Shown here: piece after piece, positions 8,134 through 15,246 of the stretch | Numbering within the stretch: the first letter of the stretch is position 1 | Layout of the letters: each line of letters opens with the position of its first letter | DNA from: Mucilaginibacter sp. | GTDB lineage: Bacteria; Bacteroidota; Bacteroidia; Sphingobacteriales; Sphingobacteriaceae | Assembly: GCA_014376655.1 (NCBI GenBank) | Contig: JACMRC010000273.1 | Location: 1 to 33,063, forward strand | DNA length: 33,063 nucleotides | Direction of reading: 5' to 3' | Position numbers and translations under genes: made by a program | Notes under the pieces: model-generated | The model's input: only the letters and a program-made list of their open reading frames with translations | Told to the model about the DNA's origin: nothing | Databases searched by the model: none

Positions 8134-8373
8134 ATGGAGCGCAACCAAATAACTACGGTAATAGAGTTGAAAGTTGGCGACCGCTTTTACAAGCTCAACG
8201 ATAAAAGTAAAACCGTTTACCAAATGGTTAGCTACAAAACCAAAACCACCAAGTATGCAACTTATGCTTACTGGTGTCAAAAGCCCGACAATATTGGAAG
8301 CCGTTACCCAAACCTGCACGCTATAAAGCCCGAAACGCAAGTGGTTTACCTGCGCTCAGCTACGGAATCTTAA
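8134..8373 (+). CDS. Hypothetical phage protein
   Basis: 79 aa in operon; ELKVGDRFY motif. Confidence 0.65.
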   Translation: MERNQITTVIELKVGDRFYKLNDKSKTVYQMVSYKTKTTKYATYAYWCQKPDNIGSRYPNLHAIKPETQVVYLRSATES

Positions 8374-8387
8374 AATTAAAACAGCAC

Positions 8388-8407
8388 AGACGGATTGCAA
8401 TCCGTCT
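8388..8407. repeat. Perfect 20-bp palindrome AGACGGATTGCAATCCGTCT
   Basis: Read directly; GACGGATTGCA recurs at 23551-23561. Confidence 0.8.
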
Positions 8408-8422
8408 CAACCGAAAATATAA

Positions 8423-9154
8423 ATGAAGACACTAGGCGTAGTACAATTTCAACAGAAAACATTTAAGATTTTACCTATAGAGGGTAAATGGAAAGCCACT
8501 TTAGGTAATATACCCGCTCATTTTATGATGATCATTTATGGCGATAGCGGTAACGGTAAAACCGAGTTATGCATACAACTGGCTAAGTACCTTACCCAAT
8601 TTGGCAAAGTGCAATGGTTGAGTTATGAACAAGGTCACGGCTTTGATTTGCAAACCGCCATTAACCGTAACAAAATGCAGGAGGTATCGGGTAATTTCTT
8701 GGTAAGCGACCCGATTGCCGATTTGGATGCTAATGTGAGTTTCCGTGAAGACTTAGACAATATGCTTAAGAAGCGCAATTCTGCCGACTTTGTATTTATT
8801 GATAGTTTGGATTACACCCAATTTAATTGGGAAGACTATGACTTTCTAAAAAAGAAGTACGGCAATAAAAAAACATTCATTTGGATTAGCCACGCTAAAG
8901 GTAAAAAGCCATTAAAGCGCATTGGTGAGCAAATAATGTATGACGGCGGTATTGGCATCTACATTAAGGACTTCATTGCCCACGTGACTAAAAATAGGTT
9001 TGGAGGTTTCGAGCCGTATGTGATTTATGAAGAGAAAGCAAGGCAGCTAAACCCATTATTCTTTATTCCGAAGGTGGCAGAGCAGGGACAAAAGCCCGAA
9101 AAAAAACCCAAAATAGCAAAGTTAACCATTGAAGCCCAAGGGGTATGTGCATAA
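8423..9154 (+). CDS. RecA/Sms-like P-loop ATPase
   Basis: Walker A GDSGNGKT, LSYEQG, Walker B FVFIDS, and KNRFGG motif typical of RecA-superfamily ATPases. Confidence 0.8.
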   Translation: MKTLGVVQFQQKTFKILPIEGKWKATLGNIPAHFMMIIYGDSGNGKTELCIQLAKYLTQFGKVQWLSYEQGHGFDLQTAINRNKMQEVSGNFLVSDPIADLDANVSFREDLDNMLKKRNSADFVFIDSLDYTQFNWEDYDFLKKKYGNKKTFIWISHAKGKKPLKRIGEQIMYDGGIGIYIKDFIAHVTKNRFGGFEPYVIYEEKARQLNPLFFIPKVAEQGQKPEKKPKIAKLTIEAQGVCA

Positions 9155-9299
9155 TTATTTTGTGTGGTATGGCAAAAAACAGGCTTTGCAATATCAAAAA
9201 CGCATAAAACAGGCTTTTTGTATGCACATAGCCCCCATCTTTTAAGTGATTATTGATGCAGTTGATTGATTTTAAACAGTAAAAACCCTGTAACCACAA

Positions 9300-9734
9300 A
9301 TGAAAAAATACAGTTTAACCAGCCAAAACTTGACAGGTAGCGTTGTTTTCGGGTATGATGATAACGGCTTTTTGATGCTATACGATGCTACCCCTGCCGA
9401 ACTGAACGAAAAACAGATAATAGCTATTTTAAAAAACCTGCCAAGGAGCGAAAGTGAATTACATATCATAGTTGAGAAAACTAAATGCAAGCTTGAACTT
9501 TTGCCCGAAGATTTCACATTCGATACTTTTTGGGATGCCTACAAAAAGAAGATAAATCTTAAACGTACTAAGCCACTTTACGAAGCTTTGAGTGATGTGG
9601 ATAAGCAGCGAGCCATTAAATCCATAAAACCTTATGAGGATTATTTGACACGAACTAAGTTTAGAGGCAAGGCAGATGCTGACACCTTTTTAAGAAACCG
9701 ATATTTTGAAACCGATTGGAGTAAAGAAAGATAG
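9300..9734 (+). CDS. Hypothetical phage protein
   Basis: 144 aa; FDTFWDAYKKK...ADTFLRNRYFETDW resembles a phage replication-protein C-terminal motif. Confidence 0.75.
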   Translation: MKKYSLTSQNLTGSVVFGYDDNGFLMLYDATPAELNEKQIIAILKNLPRSESELHIIVEKTKCKLELLPEDFTFDTFWDAYKKKINLKRTKPLYEALSDVDKQRAIKSIKPYEDYLTRTKFRGKADADTFLRNRYFETDWSKER

Positions 9735-9735
9735 T

Positions 9736-9797
9736 CACGGGCTGGCGGGCAACGAGCCACGGGCTACAAAGCCCGAAGCCCGATGCCCGAAGCCTAA
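9736..9797 (+). repeat. GC-rich 7-mer tandem/inverted repeat cluster
   Basis: CGGGC-type units at 7-bp period, then GCCCGAA/GCCCGAT units; near-identical inverted copy at 13246-13274. Confidence 0.8.
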
Positions 9798-9814
9798 AAC
9801 ACAAAACAAAAAAT

Positions 9815-10237
9815 ATGGAATACAGCACTAAACCTCAAATAATAGGCATTAAAGCGGCTTGCTCTCGTTTGGGCATAGAAAGCGCAGATTTAGCCCTAGA
9901 TTATTCAGACCGCAGGACTGAACACATTAGCCAGCTTTATAAAGATGAAGCCGCACAGCTTGTTAAATGGCTGTTAAATCAGCAACGGATACAGCCTAGC
10001 CCGAAAGAGCAAATGACCCGTAAAGTTTTGAGTATGGCGCACGAACTTCATTGGGAATTAAGGCACGCACCACGCCCGGGTAAAAGCAATAAAATAGATA
10101 TGGCAAAGGTAGATGATTGGTGCATTAGGTTTGGCCAGTTTCATAAACCGCTTAACCAGCATACAGAAACCGAACTACCTAAACTGGTTACCCAGTTTCA
10201 GCACGTACATAAGGATTTTTTAAAGGGGGTGAAATAA
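9815..10237 (+). CDS. GemA/DUF1018-like protein
   Basis: 140 aa; RTEHISQLYKDEAAQLVKWL and KPLNQHTETELPKLVTQF resemble Mu GemA-type repeats; syntenic position fits. Confidence 0.55.
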   Translation: MEYSTKPQIIGIKAACSRLGIESADLALDYSDRRTEHISQLYKDEAAQLVKWLLNQQRIQPSPKEQMTRKVLSMAHELHWELRHAPRPGKSNKIDMAKVDDWCIRFGQFHKPLNQHTETELPKLVTQFQHVHKDFLKGVK

Positions 10238-10242
10238 AATAT

Positions 10243-10470
10243 ATGACAGAGCAACAATTAAAAGGGCTTGGGTTTGTATTAACCGAAAGTTACCCACACG
10301 ATGAATTTAATACCAATAGGTATAAAAAAGGTGTACTAGAAGTTGAGTTTACCTACAGGGGTGATGAATTGATTACTTATGATTTAACAATTTCAGAAGT
10401 GAATAGTATGCCCATCACTTTTGATGAGTTGAAGATTTTAAGCCCGATATTGGGAATTAGGGGTGAGTAA
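10243..10470 (+). CDS. Hypothetical protein
   Basis: 75 aa; ends 4 nt before the first TAAC of the cassette array. Confidence 0.65.
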   Translation: MTEQQLKGLGFVLTESYPHDEFNTNRYKKGVLEVEFTYRGDELITYDLTISEVNSMPITFDELKILSPILGIRGE

Positions 10471-10471
10471 G

Positions 10472-10543
10472 GCATAACGATCCGATAGTTTACGCAGGAT
10501 CGTCGCCGGGTGGTAGGGGAATTGCGTAAACTATGTGTTATAC
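10472..10543. repeat. attC-like hairpin site 1
   Basis: GCATAAC-GATCCG-ATAGTTTACGCA ... TGCGTAAACTAT-GT-GTTATAC; perfect 12-bp inner stem. Confidence 0.75.
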
Positions 10544-10617
10544 ATTACCTTTTCTTTAGTCGTATTATATTGGCAGTCAGAATGTTAATAACTTTTTATA
10601 TTTATTTTCGATATATG

Positions 10618-10648
10618 TTTGCAAGTATCAAAGTAATGCGTATATTTG
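10618..10648 (+). promoter_or_regulatory. Bacteroidota-type promoter internal to cassette 1
   Basis: TTTG (10618-10621), 19-bp spacer, TATATTTG (10641-10648). Confidence 0.75.
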
Positions 10649-10674
10649 AATACACAATCAAACAACTAGAAATT

Positions 10675-10863
10675 ATGACAACTTTTGAAAACACACTTAA
10701 AGAATTACAAAATGAACAAAAAACTCTTTTAGCTTCAGTAGATAGACGCAAAAAAGTAGTTAGACAAAGAATAAACGAAATAACCGCAGAATTTTACAAA
10801 GTTAAAGCAGAATGGCGTCAATATAATGAAGCTAATAAAATAGGTATTTATGCTTTTGTGTAA
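10675..10863 (+). CDS. Small coiled-coil protein (62 aa), cassette 1 gene A
   Basis: ATG 10675 after the promoter and an A-rich leader; the longer 10510 call runs through the hairpin and promoter. Confidence 0.65.
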   Translation: MTTFENTLKELQNEQKTLLASVDRRKKVVRQRINEITAEFYKVKAEWRQYNEANKIGIYAFV

Positions 10864-11089
10864 GGACTTATATAAAAGATATGCGGTAAGTGACTGCATA
10901 TCTTTAGATGACTTTTTGAATAAATACCGCAAATCAGAAAGGTATGTATTAAGGGACAATAATATGTGGGGTTTTGATTATTCCGCTAAAATTAAAAAGT
11001 CTCACCAAGATGATTTAATAAAATTGGGCATTACTTGGATTAGCCCGTACGAATCTAATACGGGGGGCGTTGTTGCTTATATACTATGA
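10850..11089 (+). CDS. Hypothetical protein (79 aa), cassette 1 gene B
   Basis: Overlaps the gene A stop; its TGA overlaps the next ATG. Confidence 0.65.
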   Translation: MLLCKDLYKRYAVSDCISLDDFLNKYRKSERYVLRDNNMWGFDYSAKIKKSHQDDLIKLGITWISPYESNTGGVVAYIL

Positions 11090-11241
11090 AAAAAGAAACC
11101 CGGGGTGGCAAACGACCCGGATCTGGTCAGCCGAAAAAAGCACCTACCAAAACAATTTCATTCAGAGTTCGTGTCGAATTAGTCGACAGGATTAAAGAAG
11201 CAGTCAAGCAGATCGTGTCGGATTTTAAAGGTGGTGTATAA
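11086..11241 (+). CDS. Small ribbon-helix-helix-like DNA-binding protein (51 aa), cassette 1 gene C
   Basis: MKKETRGGKRPGSGQPKKAPTKTISFRVRVELVDRIKEAVKQIVSDFKGGV; not in the ORF track; its stop TAA is part of the TAAC core. Confidence 0.7.
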   Translation: MKKETRGGKRPGSGQPKKAPTKTISFRVRVELVDRIKEAVKQIVSDFKGGV

Positions 11242-11366
11242 CGGAACGGGTGTTGAAGCAGGTGCGGAAAGTCGCACAAAACTAAATTAAATAACAGAAA
11301 GATGAATATAGCAGAAACAGAATTAGAAACCACATCGCCCGCACTTGTTGCAACACGGTGTTAGCG
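11236..11366. repeat. attC-like hairpin site 2
   Basis: GTATAAC-GGAACGG-GTGTTGAAGCAGGTGCGG ... CCGCACTTGTTGCAACAC-GGT-GTTAGCG; 18-bp stem with one mismatch and two G-T pairs. Confidence 0.75.
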
Positions 11367-11406
11367 GTTCGGGCTTTTTGTCAAACGAAATTTTAAAATA
11401 AATAAT

Positions 11407-11712
11407 ATGTCAAATTTTTGGGAAATTAAAAAACGGGATTACTACTGGACTGCAATTGAGCTTAAAAAACATTTGCCACAACTCAAAGGAACTTCAGCTG
11501 ATGAAATTGTTGATAATTTAAGAGGTAGCGGATTAGGAATTGTAAGTCAGGAAAGTAAACCAAAACCATTTTGGGTGAGGCTGTCACTTCCATTTGGGCT
11601 AATATTCATTTTACTTTTATTTGTTACGCTGCCTATAAAATTTATGTTGACAGGAACTTGGGGTTATGAATGGGAATGGATGTCAAATTGGTTTAATGCG
11701 TTGGGGTTTTAG
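11407..11712 (+). CDS. Hypothetical membrane protein, cassette 2
   Basis: 101 aa with TM segment LSLPFGLIFILLLFVTLPI; flanked by complementary GTTAGCGG.../...CCGCTAAC ends. Confidence 0.75.
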   Translation: MSNFWEIKKRDYYWTAIELKKHLPQLKGTSADEIVDNLRGSGLGIVSQESKPKPFWVRLSLPFGLIFILLLFVTLPIKFMLTGTWGYEWEWMSNWFNALGF

Positions 11713-11860
11713 CCTGACCGCTAACAAGGAAATAGACGCTACTGGGCGGTACTATATTTCTACAACTAATTAAATAACAAGAACTTTAGATAATAAATTT
11801 AACTTTAACTTTAACGTAACCCCTGCGATGTTGCAGGACTTTTAACCCTTTTAAATTTAT

Positions 11861-12268
11861 ATGGATAACACCAACAAAAAACCCAAAGAATGGAAAGACG
11901 TATCTAAAGGCAATAAAATTGGATGCCTATTTACTTTAATTTTAATTATTGCAATAGTTGTCATTGCTATAATTATTTCAAAAAATACGCCTGATACCCC
12001 ACAAACCACGGATAGAGATAAGGCGTTTACGGTGGCAAAGCAATTTGTTAAACAGCAATTAATTGACCCTGAAAGTGCCGAGTTCCTAGAGCAAAACACT
12101 AAAGCTGCGGAATACAAAGACAGCAGTTATGTTTATCGTGGGTACGTTAAAGCAACCAATAAACTTGGATTAGTTGCACCTATGGAATATAATATAGGTG
12201 TAAAATGGAATGGTGGCGATGGCTTTAATCCCGACAATTACACTTTAAAGTTTATCAACTTCCCATAA
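11861..12268 (+). CDS. Membrane-anchored accessory protein (moron-like)
   Basis: N-terminal TM (IGCLFTLILIIAIVVIAIIIS); AKQFVKQQLIDPESAEF and GYVKATNKLG motifs; has its own terminator. Confidence 0.8.
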   Translation: MDNTNKKPKEWKDVSKGNKIGCLFTLILIIAIVVIAIIISKNTPDTPQTTDRDKAFTVAKQFVKQQLIDPESAEFLEQNTKAAEYKDSSYVYRGYVKATNKLGLVAPMEYNIGVKWNGGDGFNPDNYTLKFINFP

Positions 12269-12289
12269 CAAAAAGCAACTAAATTAACT

Positions 12290-12317
12290 AAGCCGTTCAA
12301 ATTGAACGGCTTTTTTT
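12290..12317 (+). terminator. Intrinsic terminator
   Basis: AAGCCGTTCAA-A-TTGAACGGCTT inverted repeat running into a T tract. Confidence 0.8.
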
Positions 12318-12381
12318 ATGTCTTAAAACTTTGTTTTAACTAAATAGAAAATTAATGCATTTTTGAACAAATGCAATGCTA

Positions 12382-12696
12382 ATGCGTGGCCAGTATTCCC
12401 TCTTTACTTCCGTTTTCCCCTCAGCAATAGAAACCAACCCCGATAACCAAGGTAGGCGCAACGTTTTGCTAGACAAGCGAGACGAATGTTTAGTGTACCG
12501 TTACTACTATTATGGCGAAATAAAGCGCAAACGATACGATGATTGCCTGTCTGATTTAGAGAAAGAATTTTTTATAACCGCTGGCGTTATAGCCCAAAGG
12601 TTGCAAATAAACATCATCTTGCTTAAGAAAGTTACCGGTCAGAAAGCAAACTTGATTAACCTAAAAAGGAAATACCCACACTTTAATTGGAATTAA
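12382..12696 (+). CDS. Putative Mor/C-like late transcription activator
   Basis: RDECLVYRYYYY...YDDCLSDLEKEFFITAGVIAQRL HTH-like pattern; last + strand gene before the virion modules. Function inferred from synteny. Confidence 0.5.
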   Translation: MRGQYSLFTSVFPSAIETNPDNQGRRNVLLDKRDECLVYRYYYYGEIKRKRYDDCLSDLEKEFFITAGVIAQRLQINIILLKKVTGQKANLINLKRKYPHFNWN

Positions 12697-12699
12697 AAA

Positions 12700-12727
12700 C
12701 CCTCCCAACCTCCCCAAAGGGGAGGGG
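12700..12727. repeat. REP-like hairpin between convergent genes (possible terminator)
   Basis: CCTCCCC-AAA-GGGGAGG stem; 24/28 identical to 15251-15278. Confidence 0.65.
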
Positions 12728-13234
12728 CTAAATCGGTTCAATCTCTAAACCCGGTAATGTAATAATTGATGCTGGCACTACCATTGCCGTGCTATCTCTA
12801 AACGCAAAAGCGTAGCGCAAAACCCTTACCCTAATATTATCGTCTCGTTTTTCCTTAAAAGATTTTCGGCGCATCAATGGGTTAAAGAAACGCCCATCGC
12901 ACCAACCGTGCAAAGCTTTGTTAACACGGTGTTCTAAATTATAATAGTCAATTGCCTTTTCTTTATATAAAGTGGGCGTTAGGTTATTGGCATCCGTATA
13001 AACGGTTAACCCCAAACGTACCTGTATAATACCTTCGCCTATTTGGCTGTTTTCGCCTTCGTCAGAGTAATCGGTATCATCTACCTCTATTAATAAACAA
13101 GGGAAATTTACGGCTGGGCGTGTGGTGTAAAACTCTAGTTGGCCTAAGTCTTGGTCTATCCATTTAACATCTGTTAACTGGCTATTTAACCGCTGTTGAA
13201 CGGCTAAGAATATATTGGCTAGTATTGAATCCAT
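12728..13234 (-). CDS. Putative tail terminator / head-tail completion protein
   Basis: 168 aa; WIDQDLGQLE...PAVNFPCLLIE...VNKALHGW pattern; follows the virion morphogenesis gene. Confidence 0.55.
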   Translation of the reverse strand: MDSILANIFLAVQQRLNSQLTDVKWIDQDLGQLEFYTTRPAVNFPCLLIEVDDTDYSDEGENSQIGEGIIQVRLGLTVYTDANNLTPTLYKEKAIDYYNLEHRVNKALHGWCDGRFFNPLMRRKSFKEKRDDNIRVRVLRYAFAFRDSTAMVVPASIITLPGLEIEPI

Positions 13235-13245
13235 ATTTTAATGTG

Positions 13246-13274
13246 TTAGGCTTCGGGCAATGGGCTTCGGGCTT
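13246..13274 (-). repeat. Second copy of the 7-mer repeat element
   Basis: Reverse complement is 27/29 identical to 9769-9797. Confidence 0.8.
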
Positions 13275-13286
13275 CGTTCCCCGAGG

Positions 13287-13853
13287 CTATTTAGTTAATA
13301 TTTTATTTATTTCAGCTTCCAGTTCCTTGCGGATGCTTTTATTCATTGTTTCGCTTTCGTTGCCTTCGTAGGGTGCAAATTGGCGTTGAATGATGTTCAC
13401 TTTTCGGGTGTGGGCTTTTACAGTGCTTTCGCCACTTTTGGTATAAACAGAACGAGTGCTTTGTTTTCCTGTTTTGGTAAACTTGCCCGCAATATCTTGA
13501 TTGCTTTTACTGAAATAACTGCGTGTGTGCGATTTGATGCTTATTACACCCTTAAAGCCACGGTTATGCACTTGGCCATAAGGCGTATCGCTGTAAAAGC
13601 GCACCGCACCAGCACCAGCACCCGTATATTGAAAGCTACGGCGCAAACGCCCCGTTTTAACCAATGTAGTGCCACCACGCAAGTTTTTGCGCCACGGTTT
13701 GCGATATGTGCCTTGCCAACTTTGCGACCTGAAATTACTATCAATAAAGCGCAGCGTTTGGCGTATAACCATACCCGATGCTTGGTTGTTAAGGTAGTTA
13801 ACAACTTGCAACTTGTTTCTCTTTAAAGCGGCACTAAATTGTTGGTTATCCAA
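13287..13853 (-). CDS. Phage virion morphogenesis protein (Mu gpG / tail completion-like)
   Basis: TTG start; basic protein with LVKTGRLRRS, TPYGQVHNRG and IIQRQF motifs. Confidence 0.8.
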   Translation of the reverse strand: MDNQQFSAALKRNKLQVVNYLNNQASGMVIRQTLRFIDSNFRSQSWQGTYRKPWRKNLRGGTTLVKTGRLRRSFQYTGAGAGAVRFYSDTPYGQVHNRGFKGVISIKSHTRSYFSKSNQDIAGKFTKTGKQSTRSVYTKSGESTVKAHTRKVNIIQRQFAPYEGNESETMNKSIRKELEAEINKILTK

Positions 13854-13861
13854 AATGTTTT

Positions 13862-13942
13862 TATATTTGTGTTCATCATAAAGCTATTTAGTAAAACCGA
13901 AACGGCTCGCAAAGCCAAGGCGGGGACACTAAATAGCTTTAT
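13862..13942 (+). ncRNA. Candidate small structured RNA with its own -7 promoter box, convergent on MuF
   Basis: TATATTTG at 13862-13869, then a perfect 15-bp stem (13878-13892 / 13928-13942) enclosing a 35-nt GC-rich core. Confidence 0.45.
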
Positions 13943-15246
13943 TTGTTATAAATCAAAACTCCTTTTCTTTTATTGGTTGCTGCTTTTAGATCAATGGTAT
14001 CGCCTTTTCTGAGTTGATGGATGGTTGCAGCCCTATTATTGTCTATACCTACAATTATTGGATAGTCATCATAATATTTAATATAAGTGCGTTCTATTTT
14101 ACCATTACGGCGGTTTGCCCAAATCTCATCAGGAGATTTAACTACATCCGAAAATTGATTCAGGAATTTATATCTATCCTGTTCGTGTGCAATTGCTTTT
14201 TTAGCGAAGTCATTATCAAATACTACATCTAAACCGTCTAATGATTTTACGTTTACAGTTCCGGTGCCGTTGGTCATACTTGTCCAATATGCGCTGGCGG
14301 CATCTTTATTGGGTAAGCCTTCAAAGCTGGTCAAATCTTCGTTTTCGTAAATCTTTTTAACCGATGGCAGGTTGTAGTTCTTTTCTGCATCCAACTCTTT
14401 GGGCATATTATTTTGGTACGGATGTTCATCTTTGAAAATAACCTTATCAATACCCGCATTGCCCTTAAAATATGGTTTAACGTCATCTTTTGGGTTTTCG
14501 GGATTTACCGCACCTTTTAGGCGCTCTTCGCTACTATCAGTCGCACCACTTTCGGCAGGTATAATTGTGCAGCGGCAATTCCAGTCTAACGGTGGCCAAT
14601 AAGTTTTCCAAAATGGATCATCTTTAGAAAGTATCAAACCATCAAACCTGCGGTGCGCTGGGCGTACACGGTTATCGCCCACGGTGCTATACTCTAGTTT
14701 ATCAAAGCTTTGCATTGTATGCCATTTAACCGCCATTTGGCTATGGGCAATTGCCGAATCATATTCGGTTTGCAAATGGCTCATATTATAAATGGTTGCA
14801 TTGTTTGCAACGCTATTGCGGAAAGTTGCCCAGCTGCGCAGGTTGCCATCATCATCTGTTAAATAGCCCATAAACATTTGGCGCATAGCCAAGGTTTTAG
14901 CGGCACTAAATGCAAATACGTTTTCGGTAAAATATGCTTTCAGGTTATTGCGGATATCATCGGCAGGGAAAAAATCTGCACCTAAACCATCTTTAACGGC
15001 TTCCATCAATTTGTTGGATGTTGCGGTGTAATAGGGCAAACTTATCTGATCAGGTTGCAATTTACCCGAGTGTAAGTCTTTTAAAAGCAGTTCAAAAGCA
15101 TTGTTTATTTCGCCATCGTCACTTATAGCCAATTTAACAATGGAGGTATCGCAACCGCAATCGCCATAATAATCTAACATTTGGGCGGTAAGCCCTACAG
15201 GTTTAGTTGTAGGGCTTAGGCGAAAAAACTTTTCATACGCTCCCAA
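13939..15246 (-). CDS. MuF (gpF/SPP1 gp7-like) minor head protein with C-terminal PBECR-like nuclease domain
   Basis: YSTVGDNRVRPAH...FWKTYWPPLDWNCRC is the MuF signature; the C-terminal ~110 aa (VVKSPDEIW...YIKYY...KRKGVLIY) resembles PBECR2-type folds. Confidence 0.85.
   Translation of the reverse strand: MGAYEKFFRLSPTTKPVGLTAQMLDYYGDCGCDTSIVKLAISDDGEINNAFELLLKDLHSGKLQPDQISLPYYTATSNKLMEAVKDGLGADFFPADDIRNNLKAYFTENVFAFSAAKTLAMRQMFMGYLTDDDGNLRSWATFRNSVANNATIYNMSHLQTEYDSAIAHSQMAVKWHTMQSFDKLEYSTVGDNRVRPAHRRFDGLILSKDDPFWKTYWPPLDWNCRCTIIPAESGATDSSEERLKGAVNPENPKDDVKPYFKGNAGIDKVIFKDEHPYQNNMPKELDAEKNYNLPSVKKIYENEDLTSFEGLPNKDAASAYWTSMTNGTGTVNVKSLDGLDVVFDNDFAKKAIAHEQDRYKFLNQFSDVVKSPDEIWANRRNGKIERTYIKYYDDYPIIVGIDNNRAATIHQLRKGDTIDLKAATNKRKGVLIYNK

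Noticed and set aside
9736-9797. Repeat cluster as a CRISPR array
   Set aside because: 7-bp tandem units with no unique spacers, and no cas genes in the window.
10243-10478. The 75-aa gene as a third intact cassette
   Set aside because: It ends next to GGCATAAC, but no complementary GTTATGCC start or preceding hairpin was found upstream.
10510-10674. N-terminal extension of the 117-aa ORF call
   Set aside because: It runs through the hairpin, cassette end and promoter; ATG 10675 is the better start.
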